Source: an archaeon | Lineage (GTDB): Archaea; Nanobdellota; Nanobdellia; Pacearchaeales; GW2011-AR1 | DNA: 64,000 bases | Assembly: GCA_009992175.1 (NCBI GenBank) | Contig: JAACWA010000010.1 | Span: 16,864-80,863, forward strand | Reading direction: 5' to 3' | Shown: positions 18,711 through 28,175 of the stretch, one piece after another | Numbering within the stretch: the first letter of the stretch is position 1 | How the letters are laid out: every line of letters starts with the position of its first letter | Made by a program: the position numbers and the translations under genes | The notes under the pieces: model-generated | The model's database searches: none | What the model saw: the letters and a program-made list of their open reading frames with translations, nothing else | Told to the model about the DNA's origin: nothing

Positions 18711-19750
18711 TTCTTAAAATTATATTTAAAATCTTTTCCTTCATAGTTTTTCATTTTTACATTTCCATTTTTTTGTAATTTTGTGTAATTTGGTAAAATG
18801 GGAATTTTTCCTCCTCCACCTGGAGCATCAATTACAAAATGAGGTACTGCCATTCCACTAGTATGTCCCCTTAGTCCTTGGATGATGTCTAACCCTTCTT
18901 TAACATTTCCAATGAAGTGAGAGGTTCCTTTAACAAGGTCTGGCTGATAGAGGTAATATGGTTTTACTCCAATTGAAAGAAGTTTTCTATTCAATTCTTT
19001 AAAAATTTCTGGCTTGTTATTAACATCTTTTAAAATTATGCTTTGGTTACCTAGGGGAATTCCTATATCAATTAATTTTTCACATGCTTTTTTAGATTCT
19101 TTTGTAATTTCTTTTGGATGTTCAAAATGAGTATTTATGTAAAGAATAGGATTTTTATTGTGTCTTTTTAACATTTCACAAAGTTTGTCTGTTATTCTTT
19201 CTGGCATTGTGCAAGGAACCCGAGTTCCAATTCTAATCATTTCAATATGCTCTATTTTTCTTAAATCTATTAGAATTCTTTCCAAAGTTTCAACACTCAA
19301 TAAAAGAGGATCTCCTCCAGAAAGAATTACATCTCTTATTTCTTTATGATTTTCAATGTAATTTAGTGCTTTTTCAATTCCTTTTCTTGTAGGGTTTTTT
19401 ACAACCTCCCCAACTTTTCTTTTTCTTGTACAAAATCTACAATACATTGCACAGGTGTTGGAAATTAAAAGAAGACATCTGTCAGGATATCGGTGTGTCA
19501 AAAAAGGAATTTCATTTTCTTCATTTAATGGGTCTTCATTACCAAATTCCGAGTTTAATTCTTCTATTCTTGGAATGCACTGATTCCATATCACATCTCC
19601 TTTTTCTTCAATCAGTGAAAAATAATAATCACTTATTCTTAAAGGATATTTTTTAGTTACTTCTTCAAGATTAGTAATTTCTTCGTCGGAGAGAAAAATA
19701 TTTTTTTCACCAAGCTTTTCTTTAAGGTTTTGAACCGTAGTTATAAACAT
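18707..19750 (-). CDS. KamA-family radical SAM protein (lysine 2,3-aminomutase-like)
   Basis: THRYPDR, CAMYCRFCTRKR, SGGDPL, RIGTRVP, PYYLYQ, DAPGGGGKIP (PLP Lys). Confidence 0.92.
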   Translation of the reverse strand: MFITTVQNLKEKLGEKNIFLSDEEITNLEEVTKKYPLRISDYYFSLIEEKGDVIWNQCIPRIEELNSEFGNEDPLNEENEIPFLTHRYPDRCLLLISNTCAMYCRFCTRKRKVGEVVKNPTRKGIEKALNYIENHKEIRDVILSGGDPLLLSVETLERILIDLRKIEHIEMIRIGTRVPCTMPERITDKLCEMLKRHNKNPILYINTHFEHPKEITKESKKACEKLIDIGIPLGNQSIILKDVNNKPEIFKELNRKLLSIGVKPYYLYQPDLVKGTSHFIGNVKEGLDIIQGLRGHTSGMAVPHFVIDAPGGGGKIPILPNYTKLQKNGNVKMKNYEGKDFKYNFKN

Positions 19751-19902
19751 TTTAGAAGTAGTTTTAATTAAATTTTGTTCATCATCCCTTTTTGTTACTA
19801 CTCATTTCATATGAATATTTCTTTTTAAATTTTTGCTATTATTCTATTATTACTAAAAATTTATTTAGTTAATTATTTAAATTTTGTTTAAGAGTCTTAT
19901 TC

Positions 19903-20466
19903 ATGGCAGAGTATAATTTTATTCAAAGGAAAAAGGATATCCTCGGGAAAATGGATAAATCTCATGAGGGGGGATGGGATAAAAATATTTTGAATCTTTG
20001 TAACAAAATAAATAAAAAAGAAAATTATTACACCACTTCATCCTGCTCCGGAAGAAGTTTAATAATGGTAGACCAAATAAAAAAAGGTTCAGGTCTTTTT
20101 TTGTGGAAGAGTCATGAAAAAATAAGTTTGACTGAAATTAATGATTTTTTTAAAGGTTTTAAGGGAAAAGAACTTCTAAAATTTAAATGTGAACCTCCAA
20201 TTCTCCATGTTGTTTCTAAAACTCTTGGAGATGCAAGGATAATTTTGGAAAAAGGATTTAAAGTAGGATGGAAAAAATCCGGAATAATAAGTCTAGGCAA
20301 GAATATTGTTGTTGAATTTCATGGATCTGAAAAGTTAGAATTTCCAATTTGTAATAAGGAAAGAATTTTAGTTTCTCAAGATTTTTTGAGGTTGATTGTT
20401 AAAAAATCAAATAAAAAATTAGAAAAAAGCTGGAAATTAATAAAAAAACTTGAAAAAGTGATTTAG
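19903..20466 (+). CDS. taw3: tRNA wybutosine-pathway methyltransferase TYW3/Taw3
   Basis: DKS..G.WD, YYTTSSCSGR, EPPILHV, G.K.SGI. Confidence 0.9.
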   Translation: MAEYNFIQRKKDILGKMDKSHEGGWDKNILNLCNKINKKENYYTTSSCSGRSLIMVDQIKKGSGLFLWKSHEKISLTEINDFFKGFKGKELLKFKCEPPILHVVSKTLGDARIILEKGFKVGWKKSGIISLGKNIVVEFHGSEKLEFPICNKERILVSQDFLRLIVKKSNKKLEKSWKLIKKLEKVI

Positions 20467-20500
20467 TAACTTTTTTATAATCTTTTTTCTTAAAAAAGCA

Positions 20501-20764
20501 ATGGATAAAAGTGAGATTGGAAATTTTATAGATTCAAATTTGAAGAGGGGTCTGCCAATTGAAGAGATAAGGCAACACCTTTTATCTCAAGGTTTTTTTG
20601 ATTATGACATCAAGGAAGCAATTTCTAAATTGAACTTGGAAGAATTTTCTCCAAAAAAAGAAGAAAAAATCTCTCCCAAAAAAAATGAATCGATGGAAGG
20701 ATGGGATAAAGAATTGCCTAAGGACTTAACTAAAGACTTACCTAAAGAAGTTCCAAAGATTTAA
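20501..20764 (+). CDS. hypothetical protein with low-complexity tail
   Basis: N-terminal helical domain (NLKRG...IRQHLLSQG), PKDLTKDLPKEVPK repeats. Confidence 0.7.
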   Translation: MDKSEIGNFIDSNLKRGLPIEEIRQHLLSQGFFDYDIKEAISKLNLEEFSPKKEEKISPKKNESMEGWDKELPKDLTKDLPKEVPKI

Positions 20765-20905
20765 ATCAATTTTTCTCTTTTTTAAAAAATAACTCCTTTT
20801 TTATATAAAGATATTTAAAGAAAACTCTATTTATTTTTTCAATATAGGAACTTTGCATAAGTAAAGTTAAAAAAGAGTAAAAAAGGAGGAATAAAAAACA
20901 AAAAT

Positions 20906-21985
20906 ATGGTACTTGATTTTGCAAAAGAAGCAATTCAAAATGCTTCAACCCACAGTATTAATTTTGATGAATTAAAAGCTGGAAAAGCTTCAATTAAAGT
21001 TATTGGTTGTGGTGGTTGTGGAAGTAATATGGTTACTTGGCTTTTTAATAAAGGAATTAATGGTGCAACAGTTTATGCTGCTAACACCGATGCTTTACAC
21101 TTAAGTGTTGCTAAAGCTGATGAAAAAATTCTTTTAGGAAAAGAATTAACAAGAGGTCTTGGTGCTGGTGGAAAACCTATGAAAGGTAGAGAAGCAGCTA
21201 AAGAATCTTTAGTTGATTTAAAAAAGGCAGTTAGTAGTTCTGATATGGTTTTTGTCCTTGCCGGAATGGGTGGAGGAACAGGAACTGGAGCAGCACCTGT
21301 TGTAGCTCAATTGGCTAAAGAAACAGGAGCAGTTGTTATTGGAGTTGTTACAATGCCTTTTGAAAGTGAAAAAGCTAGAATAGACAAAGCAGAATTTGGA
21401 TTGCAAGAATTAAGAGAAGCTACTGATACTTGTATCGTTCTTGATAACAATAGATTAGTAGATATCGCGGGTCAACTTCCTTTAGAACAAGCATTTGCTG
21501 TTGCTAACGAATTAGTTAGTACAATGGTAAAAGGTATCGTCGAAACAATTACTTTGCCTTCTTTAATTAACTTGGATTACGCTGATGTTTCATCTATTAT
21601 GAAAAACGGTGGAGTTGCAGTCATTGGAATTGGTGAAAGTGACGCTACAGACAGAGTGCACGAATCGGTAAAGCAAGCCCTTACTCATCCTCTACTTGAT
21701 GTGGATTACAAAGGTGCAAGCGGAGCTTTGGTGCATATAACATGTGGTCCTGACTTAAAACTTGAAGAATTCGATGTGATTGGTAGGACGGTTTCAGAAA
21801 ACTTAAGCCAAGATGCACAAGTTATTATTGGTGCTAGAATTGCTAAAGACTTTGTCGGGAAAGTTAGAGTGATTACAATAATGACAGGAGTTAAATCTCC
21901 ATACGTACTCGGAAAGGATTTTGAAGACCACGCAATGCCTCAATCTAAAGGTATGTCGGACTTAGGAATTGACATATACGGTTAA
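20906..21985 (+). CDS. ftsZ: cell division protein FtsZ
   Basis: GMGGGTGTG, TRGLGAGG, NLDYAD; AGGAGGA SD upstream. Confidence 0.98.
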   Translation: MVLDFAKEAIQNASTHSINFDELKAGKASIKVIGCGGCGSNMVTWLFNKGINGATVYAANTDALHLSVAKADEKILLGKELTRGLGAGGKPMKGREAAKESLVDLKKAVSSSDMVFVLAGMGGGTGTGAAPVVAQLAKETGAVVIGVVTMPFESEKARIDKAEFGLQELREATDTCIVLDNNRLVDIAGQLPLEQAFAVANELVSTMVKGIVETITLPSLINLDYADVSSIMKNGGVAVIGIGESDATDRVHESVKQALTHPLLDVDYKGASGALVHITCGPDLKLEEFDVIGRTVSENLSQDAQVIIGARIAKDFVGKVRVITIMTGVKSPYVLGKDFEDHAMPQSKGMSDLGIDIYG

Positions 21986-22028
21986 TTCGATTGATTTAAA
22001 AATCCCTTTTATTTTTTTATTTTAAATT

Positions 22029-22067
22029 AATCCTGGGGGGGAGGGGCCTTCCAGGGTTTATTTTTTT
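22029..22067 (+). terminator. G-rich hairpin plus T-tract downstream of ftsZ
   Basis: AATCCTGGGGGG...CCTTCCAGGGTT stem with G-U pairs, followed by TATTTTTTT. Confidence 0.5.
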
Positions 22068-22104
22068 AGAAAAAGTTTTTATAATTGTGAATTTTCTTTG
22101 AGAC

Positions 22105-22218
22105 ATGGATAAAAAAGAACTTGAAGAAACAATAAGATATTATTATGTTAGGATTATGTGGGCAATTATAATTTCAACTACTTTAATTCTTGGATCAATT
22201 TCTTCTAAATTATTTTAA
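22105..22218 (+). CDS. putative 37-aa single-TM micro-protein
   Basis: MDKKELEETIRYYYVRIMWAIIISTTLILGSISSKLF; TTTTTATAA ~25 nt upstream. Confidence 0.5.
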   Translation: MDKKELEETIRYYYVRIMWAIIISTTLILGSISSKLF

Positions 22219-22790
22219 TATCCTTCGGGAGCACGAGAATCTATTTTTTCAGTTTTTTTCATCCTATACTTTTCCCATTTATTAAAATAAAGAATATTAT
22301 AAATGTCAGGGTCTTGCTTTTTCTTTTTGAAAATTTCATTAGAATATCCTATTGGAAAAAGAGCTTCAATAGTATAATCTTCAGATATTTTCAAGGTTTT
22401 TCCAATTTTTTCTTCATTCATGTGACCTATCCAACAGGTTGAAAGTCCAGATTCTTCAAGACTCAAAAGAAAATTTTGAATTGCTGCTCCAGTTTGTTGT
22501 GGGCAAAAGTATTCTCCCATTTTAGGGAAAGGAGTTGTCACAATTCCAGGATCAGAAACAACCACCACAACATATTGTGCTTCAGAAATAAAAGATTGTT
22601 CACACCATTTTGCAATTTCTTCAATTAATTGTTTATTATCTACAATCACAAACTTTAGATGAAAAAGTCCTCCAGCCATAGGAGCATATTGTGCAGTGTG
22701 AATTGCTTCAATTATATCTCTCCAATCAGGTTTTTTAGAAGAAAATTTCCTCACACTTTTTCTTTTCTTAATTGCTTCTTGTAATTTCAT
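22215..22790 (-). CDS. nitroreductase family protein
   Basis: IKKRKSVRKF, AP.AG, GAAIQNFLL, GLSTCWIG, PIGY. Confidence 0.92.
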   Translation of the reverse strand: MKLQEAIKKRKSVRKFSSKKPDWRDIIEAIHTAQYAPMAGGLFHLKFVIVDNKQLIEEIAKWCEQSFISEAQYVVVVVSDPGIVTTPFPKMGEYFCPQQTGAAIQNFLLSLEESGLSTCWIGHMNEEKIGKTLKISEDYTIEALFPIGYSNEIFKKKKQDPDIYNILYFNKWEKYRMKKTEKIDSRAPEGY

Positions 22791-22823
22791 TAATTATTCA
22801 AGGTAAATGGGATTTTTAAGTTT

Positions 22824-23930
22824 TTAGAAACTAATAACTCCTCCACCAAGGCATTTCGTTTTGTTATAAAGAACAATTGCTTGGCCTTCTGAGACTCCGG
22901 TTATTCCTTTGTTTAGAGTTATTTTTATTTTGTTTTTTTCAAGAGATATTTTTGAAGGAATAAGTTCTCCCACTTGCCTGATTCTTGAAAAAACCTTTTT
23001 GTGTTTTAAAAAATCCTTTTTTGTTTCATCTATTAAATGTAAATTATTTAAGATTATCTCTTTTCTTAGAAGAATTTTATGTCCTTCGGGTGCTGCAACA
23101 ATTGTATTTGTTTTGGCATCTTTTTTTGCAACATACCATTTTTTTATTCTCTTTGTGTTGTTTGTCCTATTAACTTCAAATCCATATCTTGGACCAAGTC
23201 TTTGCCCAACAGTATAAAAATAAATTCCATCGTGTTCTCCAACAACTTTTCCATCTGGGTCTAAAATTTTTCCTTTTTTTGGTTTTATTTTTTTACTTAA
23301 AAAATCTTTCAAGTTAACTTTTCCAATAAAACAAATTCCTGTTGTTCCTTTTTTGTTTGCATTTTGGAATTTATTTTTTTCTGCAATTTTTCTTACTTTT
23401 ATTTTTGTTAATTCTCCAACTGGAAAAAGCGTTCGTGAAAAGTCTTCTTGACTTTGCCTGTAAAGAAAATAGGATTGGTCTTTACTTTCATCTTTTCCCC
23501 TATGGAGTTCAAAATTTTTCCCTTTTTTCTTTATTCTAGCATAATGTCCTGTTGCAATTAAGTTTATTCCAATTTTTTTTGCGGCTTTTATAAGGAGAGG
23601 AAATTTTATTTTTTCATTACAATCAATATCTGGGTTTGGAGTGATTCCAATTTTGTACTTTTTGAACATTTCATCAACTACAAGTTTTTTGTATTCTTTT
23701 TCAAAATCTAAGGTTACAAAAGGAATTCCAAGTTTTGTTGCAATTTTTATTGCATGATTTCTTTCTTCTACCCATGCACATTCTCCTGTTATTTTATTTT
23801 TGGTGTCAGACCAATTTTTCATAAATGCTCCATAAACATCATAACCTTTTTTTTGAAGTAAAAGTGCTGCAACTGAAGAATCCACTCCTCCGCTCATTGC
23901 AAGAAGAACTTTTTGTTTTTCCTTTTCCAT
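22824..23930 (-). CDS. mnmA: tRNA-specific 2-thiouridylase MnmA (bacterial type)
   Basis: AMSGGVDSS, TPNPDIDCN, ATGHYA, KDQSYFL, GICFIG, GQ..VLY...CLGGG. Confidence 0.95.
   Translation of the reverse strand: MEKEKQKVLLAMSGGVDSSVAALLLQKKGYDVYGAFMKNWSDTKNKITGECAWVEERNHAIKIATKLGIPFVTLDFEKEYKKLVVDEMFKKYKIGITPNPDIDCNEKIKFPLLIKAAKKIGINLIATGHYARIKKKGKNFELHRGKDESKDQSYFLYRQSQEDFSRTLFPVGELTKIKVRKIAEKNKFQNANKKGTTGICFIGKVNLKDFLSKKIKPKKGKILDPDGKVVGEHDGIYFYTVGQRLGPRYGFEVNRTNNTKRIKKWYVAKKDAKTNTIVAAPEGHKILLRKEIILNNLHLIDETKKDFLKHKKVFSRIRQVGELIPSKISLEKNKIKITLNKGITGVSEGQAIVLYNKTKCLGGGVISF
23172..23209 (+). repeat. 38-bp exact repeat, copy 1 (antisense inside mnmA)
   Basis: AACTTCAAATCCATATCTTGGACCAAGTCTTTGCCCAA identical to 52987-53024. 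Confidence 0.95.
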
Positions 23931-23976
23931 ATAGTTAGTTAGAAATAGAGAATTAAAAGTTTATTCTTTTAGAAAA

Positions 23977-24049
23977 CGTCCCGAGAAGGACTCGAACCTT
24001 CGACCTAACGGTTAACAGCCGTTCGCTCTACCAACTGAGCTATCGGGAC
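23977..24049 (-). tRNA. tRNA-Asn(GTT)
   Basis: GTCCCGA/TCGGGAC acceptor, AACGG-CT-GTT-AA-CCGTT, GAAGG-TTCGAGT-CCTTC. Confidence 0.97.
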
Positions 24050-24085
24050 ATATTCATCTTTAAGAAAATTCTTATTTAAAGGTTT

Positions 24086-24595
24086 TTATTGGTTTTTCTC
24101 TTTTAAACCCAAATCAAGAAGGGGATCCTCTTCCCTTTTTTCAAGTCCTTTGTAAACATGTGAATGTTTTGAGCCTTGGACAATCTGAATTACTGCATCA
24201 ATTGCAGGTTTCATGTTTTCAGGATCTCCAACAATTCCCACTTCATTCCCTTTCATTTCAAAAGAACATTTTGTTAATTCTGAAAGTGCTTTTAAGACTG
24301 AACCATTTTTACCAATTAGTCTTCCCCTCACTTTTTCTACGTTTCCTCTTCTAACAAAATCCTTTATATTTATTCTATCAAATTCCAAATCTTTTTCTTT
24401 TATTAAAGAAGCATCAGAAAAACTAAAGCCCATATCAAGAGCATCAAAAACCATTGTTGCAATAAACTCATCTTCTGCAGAACCTTCAAAACTAACTTCT
24501 TTACCTTTATTGGTAATTTTCACATTTAGGAGTTTTTCAAGTTTTTTCTTATTCTTGATAATTCTCACAATTTTGTCTAAAATTATTGTTTTCAT
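24086..24595 (-). CDS. KH-domain pre-rRNA processing protein (Dim2/Pno1/Krr1-like)
   Basis: RGRLIGKNG, GSKHSHVY; adjacent to aIF-1A as usual in archaea. Confidence 0.88.
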   Translation of the reverse strand: MKTIILDKIVRIIKNKKKLEKLLNVKITNKGKEVSFEGSAEDEFIATMVFDALDMGFSFSDASLIKEKDLEFDRINIKDFVRRGNVEKVRGRLIGKNGSVLKALSELTKCSFEMKGNEVGIVGDPENMKPAIDAVIQIVQGSKHSHVYKGLEKREEDPLLDLGLKEKNQ

Positions 24596-24643
24596 ATTTA
24601 CGAGAAAAGCTTTGAAGTTATAAGTTTTTTGATGTTTAAATTA

Positions 24644-24976
24644 TTAGAATTCTTCATTCTCTTTTTCTAAAAATCCATTTTTTTTAAGCCAAGCAATTTG
24701 GTTTGGTTTGTATTTAAGAAGTATTTCCCCTTTTGTGTCATCAAGTTCCCAAGGTTCAATAATTATCACATCTCCTGGCCTAAGCCATAAATATCTTTTT
24801 AGTCTTCCAGGAACCCTTCCCATTCTTTCTTTTTTGTCCAAACAATTAACTTTCATCTTGTTTCCCCCATATCTTTGTTCAATAATTCCAATTATTTCAC
24901 GCCCTTTTGGAAGCGGAGCTCTTGTTATTGATGGTTCTTCAGCTTTTTTGTTTGAACTATTTTTGTGGTAACCCAT
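24644..24976 (-). CDS. eif1a: translation initiation factor aIF-1A
   Basis: GGNKMKVNC.D, RVPGRLKRYLWLRPGD. Confidence 0.95.
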   Translation of the reverse strand: MGYHKNSSNKKAEEPSITRAPLPKGREIIGIIEQRYGGNKMKVNCLDKKERMGRVPGRLKRYLWLRPGDVIIIEPWELDDTKGEILLKYKPNQIAWLKKNGFLEKENEEF

Positions 24977-24998
24977 ATATATTAATCAAAAATTTTCT

Positions 24999-25775
24999 TT
25001 ATAAGACTTTTGGGGTTGAATTTAAAGAATAGATGTCCCTTATTCCGTATTTATCGGGAGCGATAAGTCCCATATTAACAGAATTAACAAATTTTAAATT
25101 AAAATTTAGTTTGGGTTGTTTTTTGATTTCAAGATAGATAATTGCATGGTCTTTGCTTTTTCTTTTTCCAAATTTTATCTCTATTCCTTTTATATTGTTA
25201 AAATAATCAATAATATTAATTTGTTTTGTTTCATTCCATATTTCTAGAAAATGATTTCGATTCGATTTTCTTAAGTTATCAAATACTTCTTTTTTGTTTT
25301 TGAGCATTGTGACCTCAAAAAAAGATATTCTTGCAATTCCATCCTTTTTCAAAATTCTATTCACTTCTTTAAAGAATTCAATTTTATCTTTGTATAGATA
25401 TACTGAATGAAGACAGTAGATGAAATCAAAGCTTTCTTTTCTGAAAGGGAGTTTTTTTTCCGCGTTAAGATAAATTATTTTTGGAAAGTTTTTTATTTTT
25501 TTAATATCTTCTTTTGTGAAAAGACCTCTTTTTATAGACATTCTTTTCAAATCTTTAATTGTGCCATGTTGTTTATTTTTATTGTAACCAATAACTTCAA
25601 TTCTATTTCCAAATTTTTTTAATAAACCCGTCATTGCAAGACCATAACCACAGCCAGCATCAAGAATTTTAACTTTTTTTTGATATTTTAGTTTGTTTTT
25701 AATTAATCCACTAAAATTTTCAAGATAACTGTCAAGTTCTCCAAGACCCCTATTTTTTCTCATTTGATTGGTCAT
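24999..25775 (-). CDS. class I SAM-dependent methyltransferase
   Basis: ILDAGCGYG, LPFRKESFDFIY, RILKKDG. Confidence 0.88.
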   Translation of the reverse strand: MTNQMRKNRGLGELDSYLENFSGLIKNKLKYQKKVKILDAGCGYGLAMTGLLKKFGNRIEVIGYNKNKQHGTIKDLKRMSIKRGLFTKEDIKKIKNFPKIIYLNAEKKLPFRKESFDFIYCLHSVYLYKDKIEFFKEVNRILKKDGIARISFFEVTMLKNKKEVFDNLRKSNRNHFLEIWNETKQINIIDYFNNIKGIEIKFGKRKSKDHAIIYLEIKKQPKLNFNLKFVNSVNMGLIAPDKYGIRDIYSLNSTPKVL

Positions 25776-25808
25776 TAGATTTATTTATCCTTTTGAATAT
25801 AAAAACTT

Positions 25809-26114
25809 TTATAATAAAATTAATGTATAAGGAATTCCATCAATTTTTAGAATTTGTTCTTCATTAATTATTCCCGCTTCAAGTGCACAATTTATTGAAT
25901 TTTCTCCAACAATGTTAAAAGTTGCATCTTCTTTAGAGAAATTAATCATAATTTCTTTAACTTCTTCTTTTGGAAGAGGATTTTCATTTTCTCCTTTGTA
26001 AAATGATTCTTTGATATCCAATTGCTTCTTTCCTTCAAAAAATTGTTTTCCAATTAGCTCTTTATCCACAATTGCTACAACTTCCCTATATGATTCTATT
26101 ATATTCACAAACAT
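25809..26114 (-). CDS. DUF424 family protein
   Basis: VVAIVDKELIGK.F.EG, FY.G, NIVGE, GIP. Confidence 0.85.
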   Translation of the reverse strand: MFVNIIESYREVVAIVDKELIGKQFFEGKKQLDIKESFYKGENENPLPKEEVKEIMINFSKEDATFNIVGENSINCALEAGIINEEQILKIDGIPYTLILL

Positions 26115-26165
26115 CTTTTCTTAGATTTCGATTTAATTAAAAAAATAAAATAAAAATAAACTTAT

Positions 26166-26363
26166 TTAGTATGCTTTTTTAGCTTCTCCAGATTTAACCA
26201 ATTTCTCGGCGTCATCTTTTGATTTCATTGCACACATTCCACATCCACAATCAGTGCATTTACCTTTAGCCATGAATCCTCCTCTTGAGGTTTGAGTCAT
26301 TTGCACATCTTTCATTGGATGTCCTTTAACTTTACATTTTACGCAATATCCTGTTACTGTCAT
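26166..26363 (-). CDS. DUF5679-like small zinc-ribbon protein
   Basis: GYCVKCK...MAKGKCTDCG; GGAGGT SD upstream. Confidence 0.8.
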   Translation of the reverse strand: MTVTGYCVKCKVKGHPMKDVQMTQTSRGGFMAKGKCTDCGCGMCAMKSKDDAEKLVKSGEAKKAY

Positions 26364-26442
26364 TTTTTTTACCTCCTTGTCCTTTTTCTGTTAATTTAAT
26401 AGAGTAATTTTATTTTTTAAAGGTTCTGGAACTGTGGGAAAG

Positions 26443-26853
26443 TTATATTTTACTTCTAACTGGGTGTTTTGCCCCACATGCAAGACAATGAATTATTGTG
26501 AATTTACCCTCTTTAATTAATTCAGTATCTGGTTTTTTACATTCTTTACATAATACAAATTCTTCAACATACTGTTCAATTTTGGGATTAATTTTTTTAC
26601 TTGGAACTTTCATGTTAAGAATTACTCTTTCTCCATCAATTGTCGCTTTTGCAGCTAACTCTTTTGTTAAAAATTTTAGAAAGTGTTCTTTACTTCTCCT
26701 TAAATTAGAAGTTATTTGAAAGAAGTTAGTTAGAGCCGTTTTCTTTCCAACAAACATTCCTTCAATTTTTGGAATTTCAAACCTTTCTCCTGTACCTTCA
26801 ACAACTTTTACATCTTTATATGCTCTATTTAATAATTCTTCATAACTTTCCAT
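26443..26853 (-). CDS. eif2b: translation initiation factor aIF-2 beta
   Basis: ERFEIP, CKECKKPDT, CLACGA. Confidence 0.95.
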   Translation of the reverse strand: MESYEELLNRAYKDVKVVEGTGERFEIPKIEGMFVGKKTALTNFFQITSNLRRSKEHFLKFLTKELAAKATIDGERVILNMKVPSKKINPKIEQYVEEFVLCKECKKPDTELIKEGKFTIIHCLACGAKHPVRSKI

Positions 26854-26903
26854 AAATTTCCTTATTGAGGCAAGTTTATAAAATCTTTTGTATTAAGATT
26901 AAT

Positions 26904-27431
26904 ATGAATATAAAAGAAGTTTTTTTAGGAATTGCAGTTTTAATTCTAACCTTTTTTGTGGTGACCTATGGAATAAATACTTTTTATTCTGAACCTAAGT
27001 ATGATGATTTTTGTAGTCCAAGTCTTTGGCAAGTTCAAAATTTAAATGAAACAACTTGTTTTGATTTAGGGGGAAAATGGACTTCTTATGCTCAACCAGT
27101 AAAGGGAGAAGTTCCAGGTTATTGCGACCAAGATTTTAGTTGTCGTGAAGCGTATAATTTAAAGTTAGAGAGTTATCATATGAATGTTTTCTTAATTGCG
27201 GTTCCTTTGGGAATATTATTAATTCTTTTGGGAGCTTACTTTTTTAGTTTAGATTTTGTTGGAGTTGGAATTATGGGAGGGGGTTTAGGAACTGTTCTTA
27301 AAGGAGTTTCAAGCTACTGGAGTTATTCAAATGATTTTGTTAGATTTTTAATTTCTCTTGCAGGATTAATAATTGTAATTTATTTTGGATATAAATTTCA
27401 AGATAAAATTAAGAGTAAGAAGAAAAAGTAG
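26904..27431 (+). CDS. hypothetical membrane protein with Cys-rich extracellular loop
   Basis: Four TM segments, P.YDDFC...C...GGKW...YC...C. Confidence 0.75.
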   Translation: MNIKEVFLGIAVLILTFFVVTYGINTFYSEPKYDDFCSPSLWQVQNLNETTCFDLGGKWTSYAQPVKGEVPGYCDQDFSCREAYNLKLESYHMNVFLIAVPLGILLILLGAYFFSLDFVGVGIMGGGLGTVLKGVSSYWSYSNDFVRFLISLAGLIIVIYFGYKFQDKIKSKKKK

Positions 27432-27432
27432 T

Positions 27433-28062
27433 TTAACCTAAATATCTAAGTCTTCCGGGTCTAGGTTCAAAGATTATTCCTTCTTCAAGGAGCTTTTTTA
27501 TTTCTTCATTAATTGTGTCAGTTGAAACTTCTCTAAATTCAAGAATTATTTTTTCAGAGTCAATTCCTCCATCACTTTCAGCTTCTTTTATTTTTCCTAA
27601 AATTTTATCCTTTATTGCCTGAACAACTTTTTTATCCGTAACGGGTTTTGAAGTATCACTTTTTTGTTTTTCAAGTTCAAGTTTTCTGACTAAAAGGTAT
27701 TTTGGATCTTTTGCTGAAATTATTTCTGGTTGGATATAAGTTTCATTGTTCCAATTTCTAACAACTCCAATAACTGCAACTGTTTCTCCTTGGGTTATTC
27801 CTTTGAATTTTTCAGAGTCTTCTTCACCAAAAACTTTTAATTTTATTTGCCCTGAACCATCATCAAGTGTAAAAAAAAGATATTTTTTATCTCCTTCACT
27901 TTCATATTTGTCAACAATGTTTCCAATTACATTTGTTCTTGAAATTTTTTTGCTTCCAAGCTCAAGATAGATAAATTTGTCATTGTCAAAAATTGGTTTC
28001 CCCAAAAGTATGTTTCCTATTCTTAGTTTGTATGCAATGTTTCTTTTATATTGGTCTGTCAT
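27433..28062 (-). CDS. RPA32-like OB-fold ssDNA-binding protein with C-terminal wHTH
   Basis: LDDGSGQI, VIG.VR, EGIIFEPRPG; next to mcm. Confidence 0.85.
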   Translation of the reverse strand: MTDQYKRNIAYKLRIGNILLGKPIFDNDKFIYLELGSKKISRTNVIGNIVDKYESEGDKKYLFFTLDDGSGQIKLKVFGEEDSEKFKGITQGETVAVIGVVRNWNNETYIQPEIISAKDPKYLLVRKLELEKQKSDTSKPVTDKKVVQAIKDKILGKIKEAESDGGIDSEKIILEFREVSTDTINEEIKKLLEEGIIFEPRPGRLRYLG

Positions 28063-28175
28063 GTTTACAAAAATGAGGTGCGGTTTTTAAATATTTATGT
28101 TTATGAACTAAATCAGAGAAAATTTATAAATAAATTTTAAAGATTCAGATTTTTTTAACTAAATTATAAAATTTT

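Noticed and set aside
19751..19810. In-frame ATG-AAA-TGA extension upstream of the KamA gene (possible readthrough or selenocysteine)
   Set aside because: No SECIS or conserved Cys context is visible, and ATG 19750 suffices; cannot be supported.
20640..20764. Short internal repeats (SPKK x2, PKDL/TKDL/PKEV)
   Set aside because: Ordinary low-complexity coding sequence.
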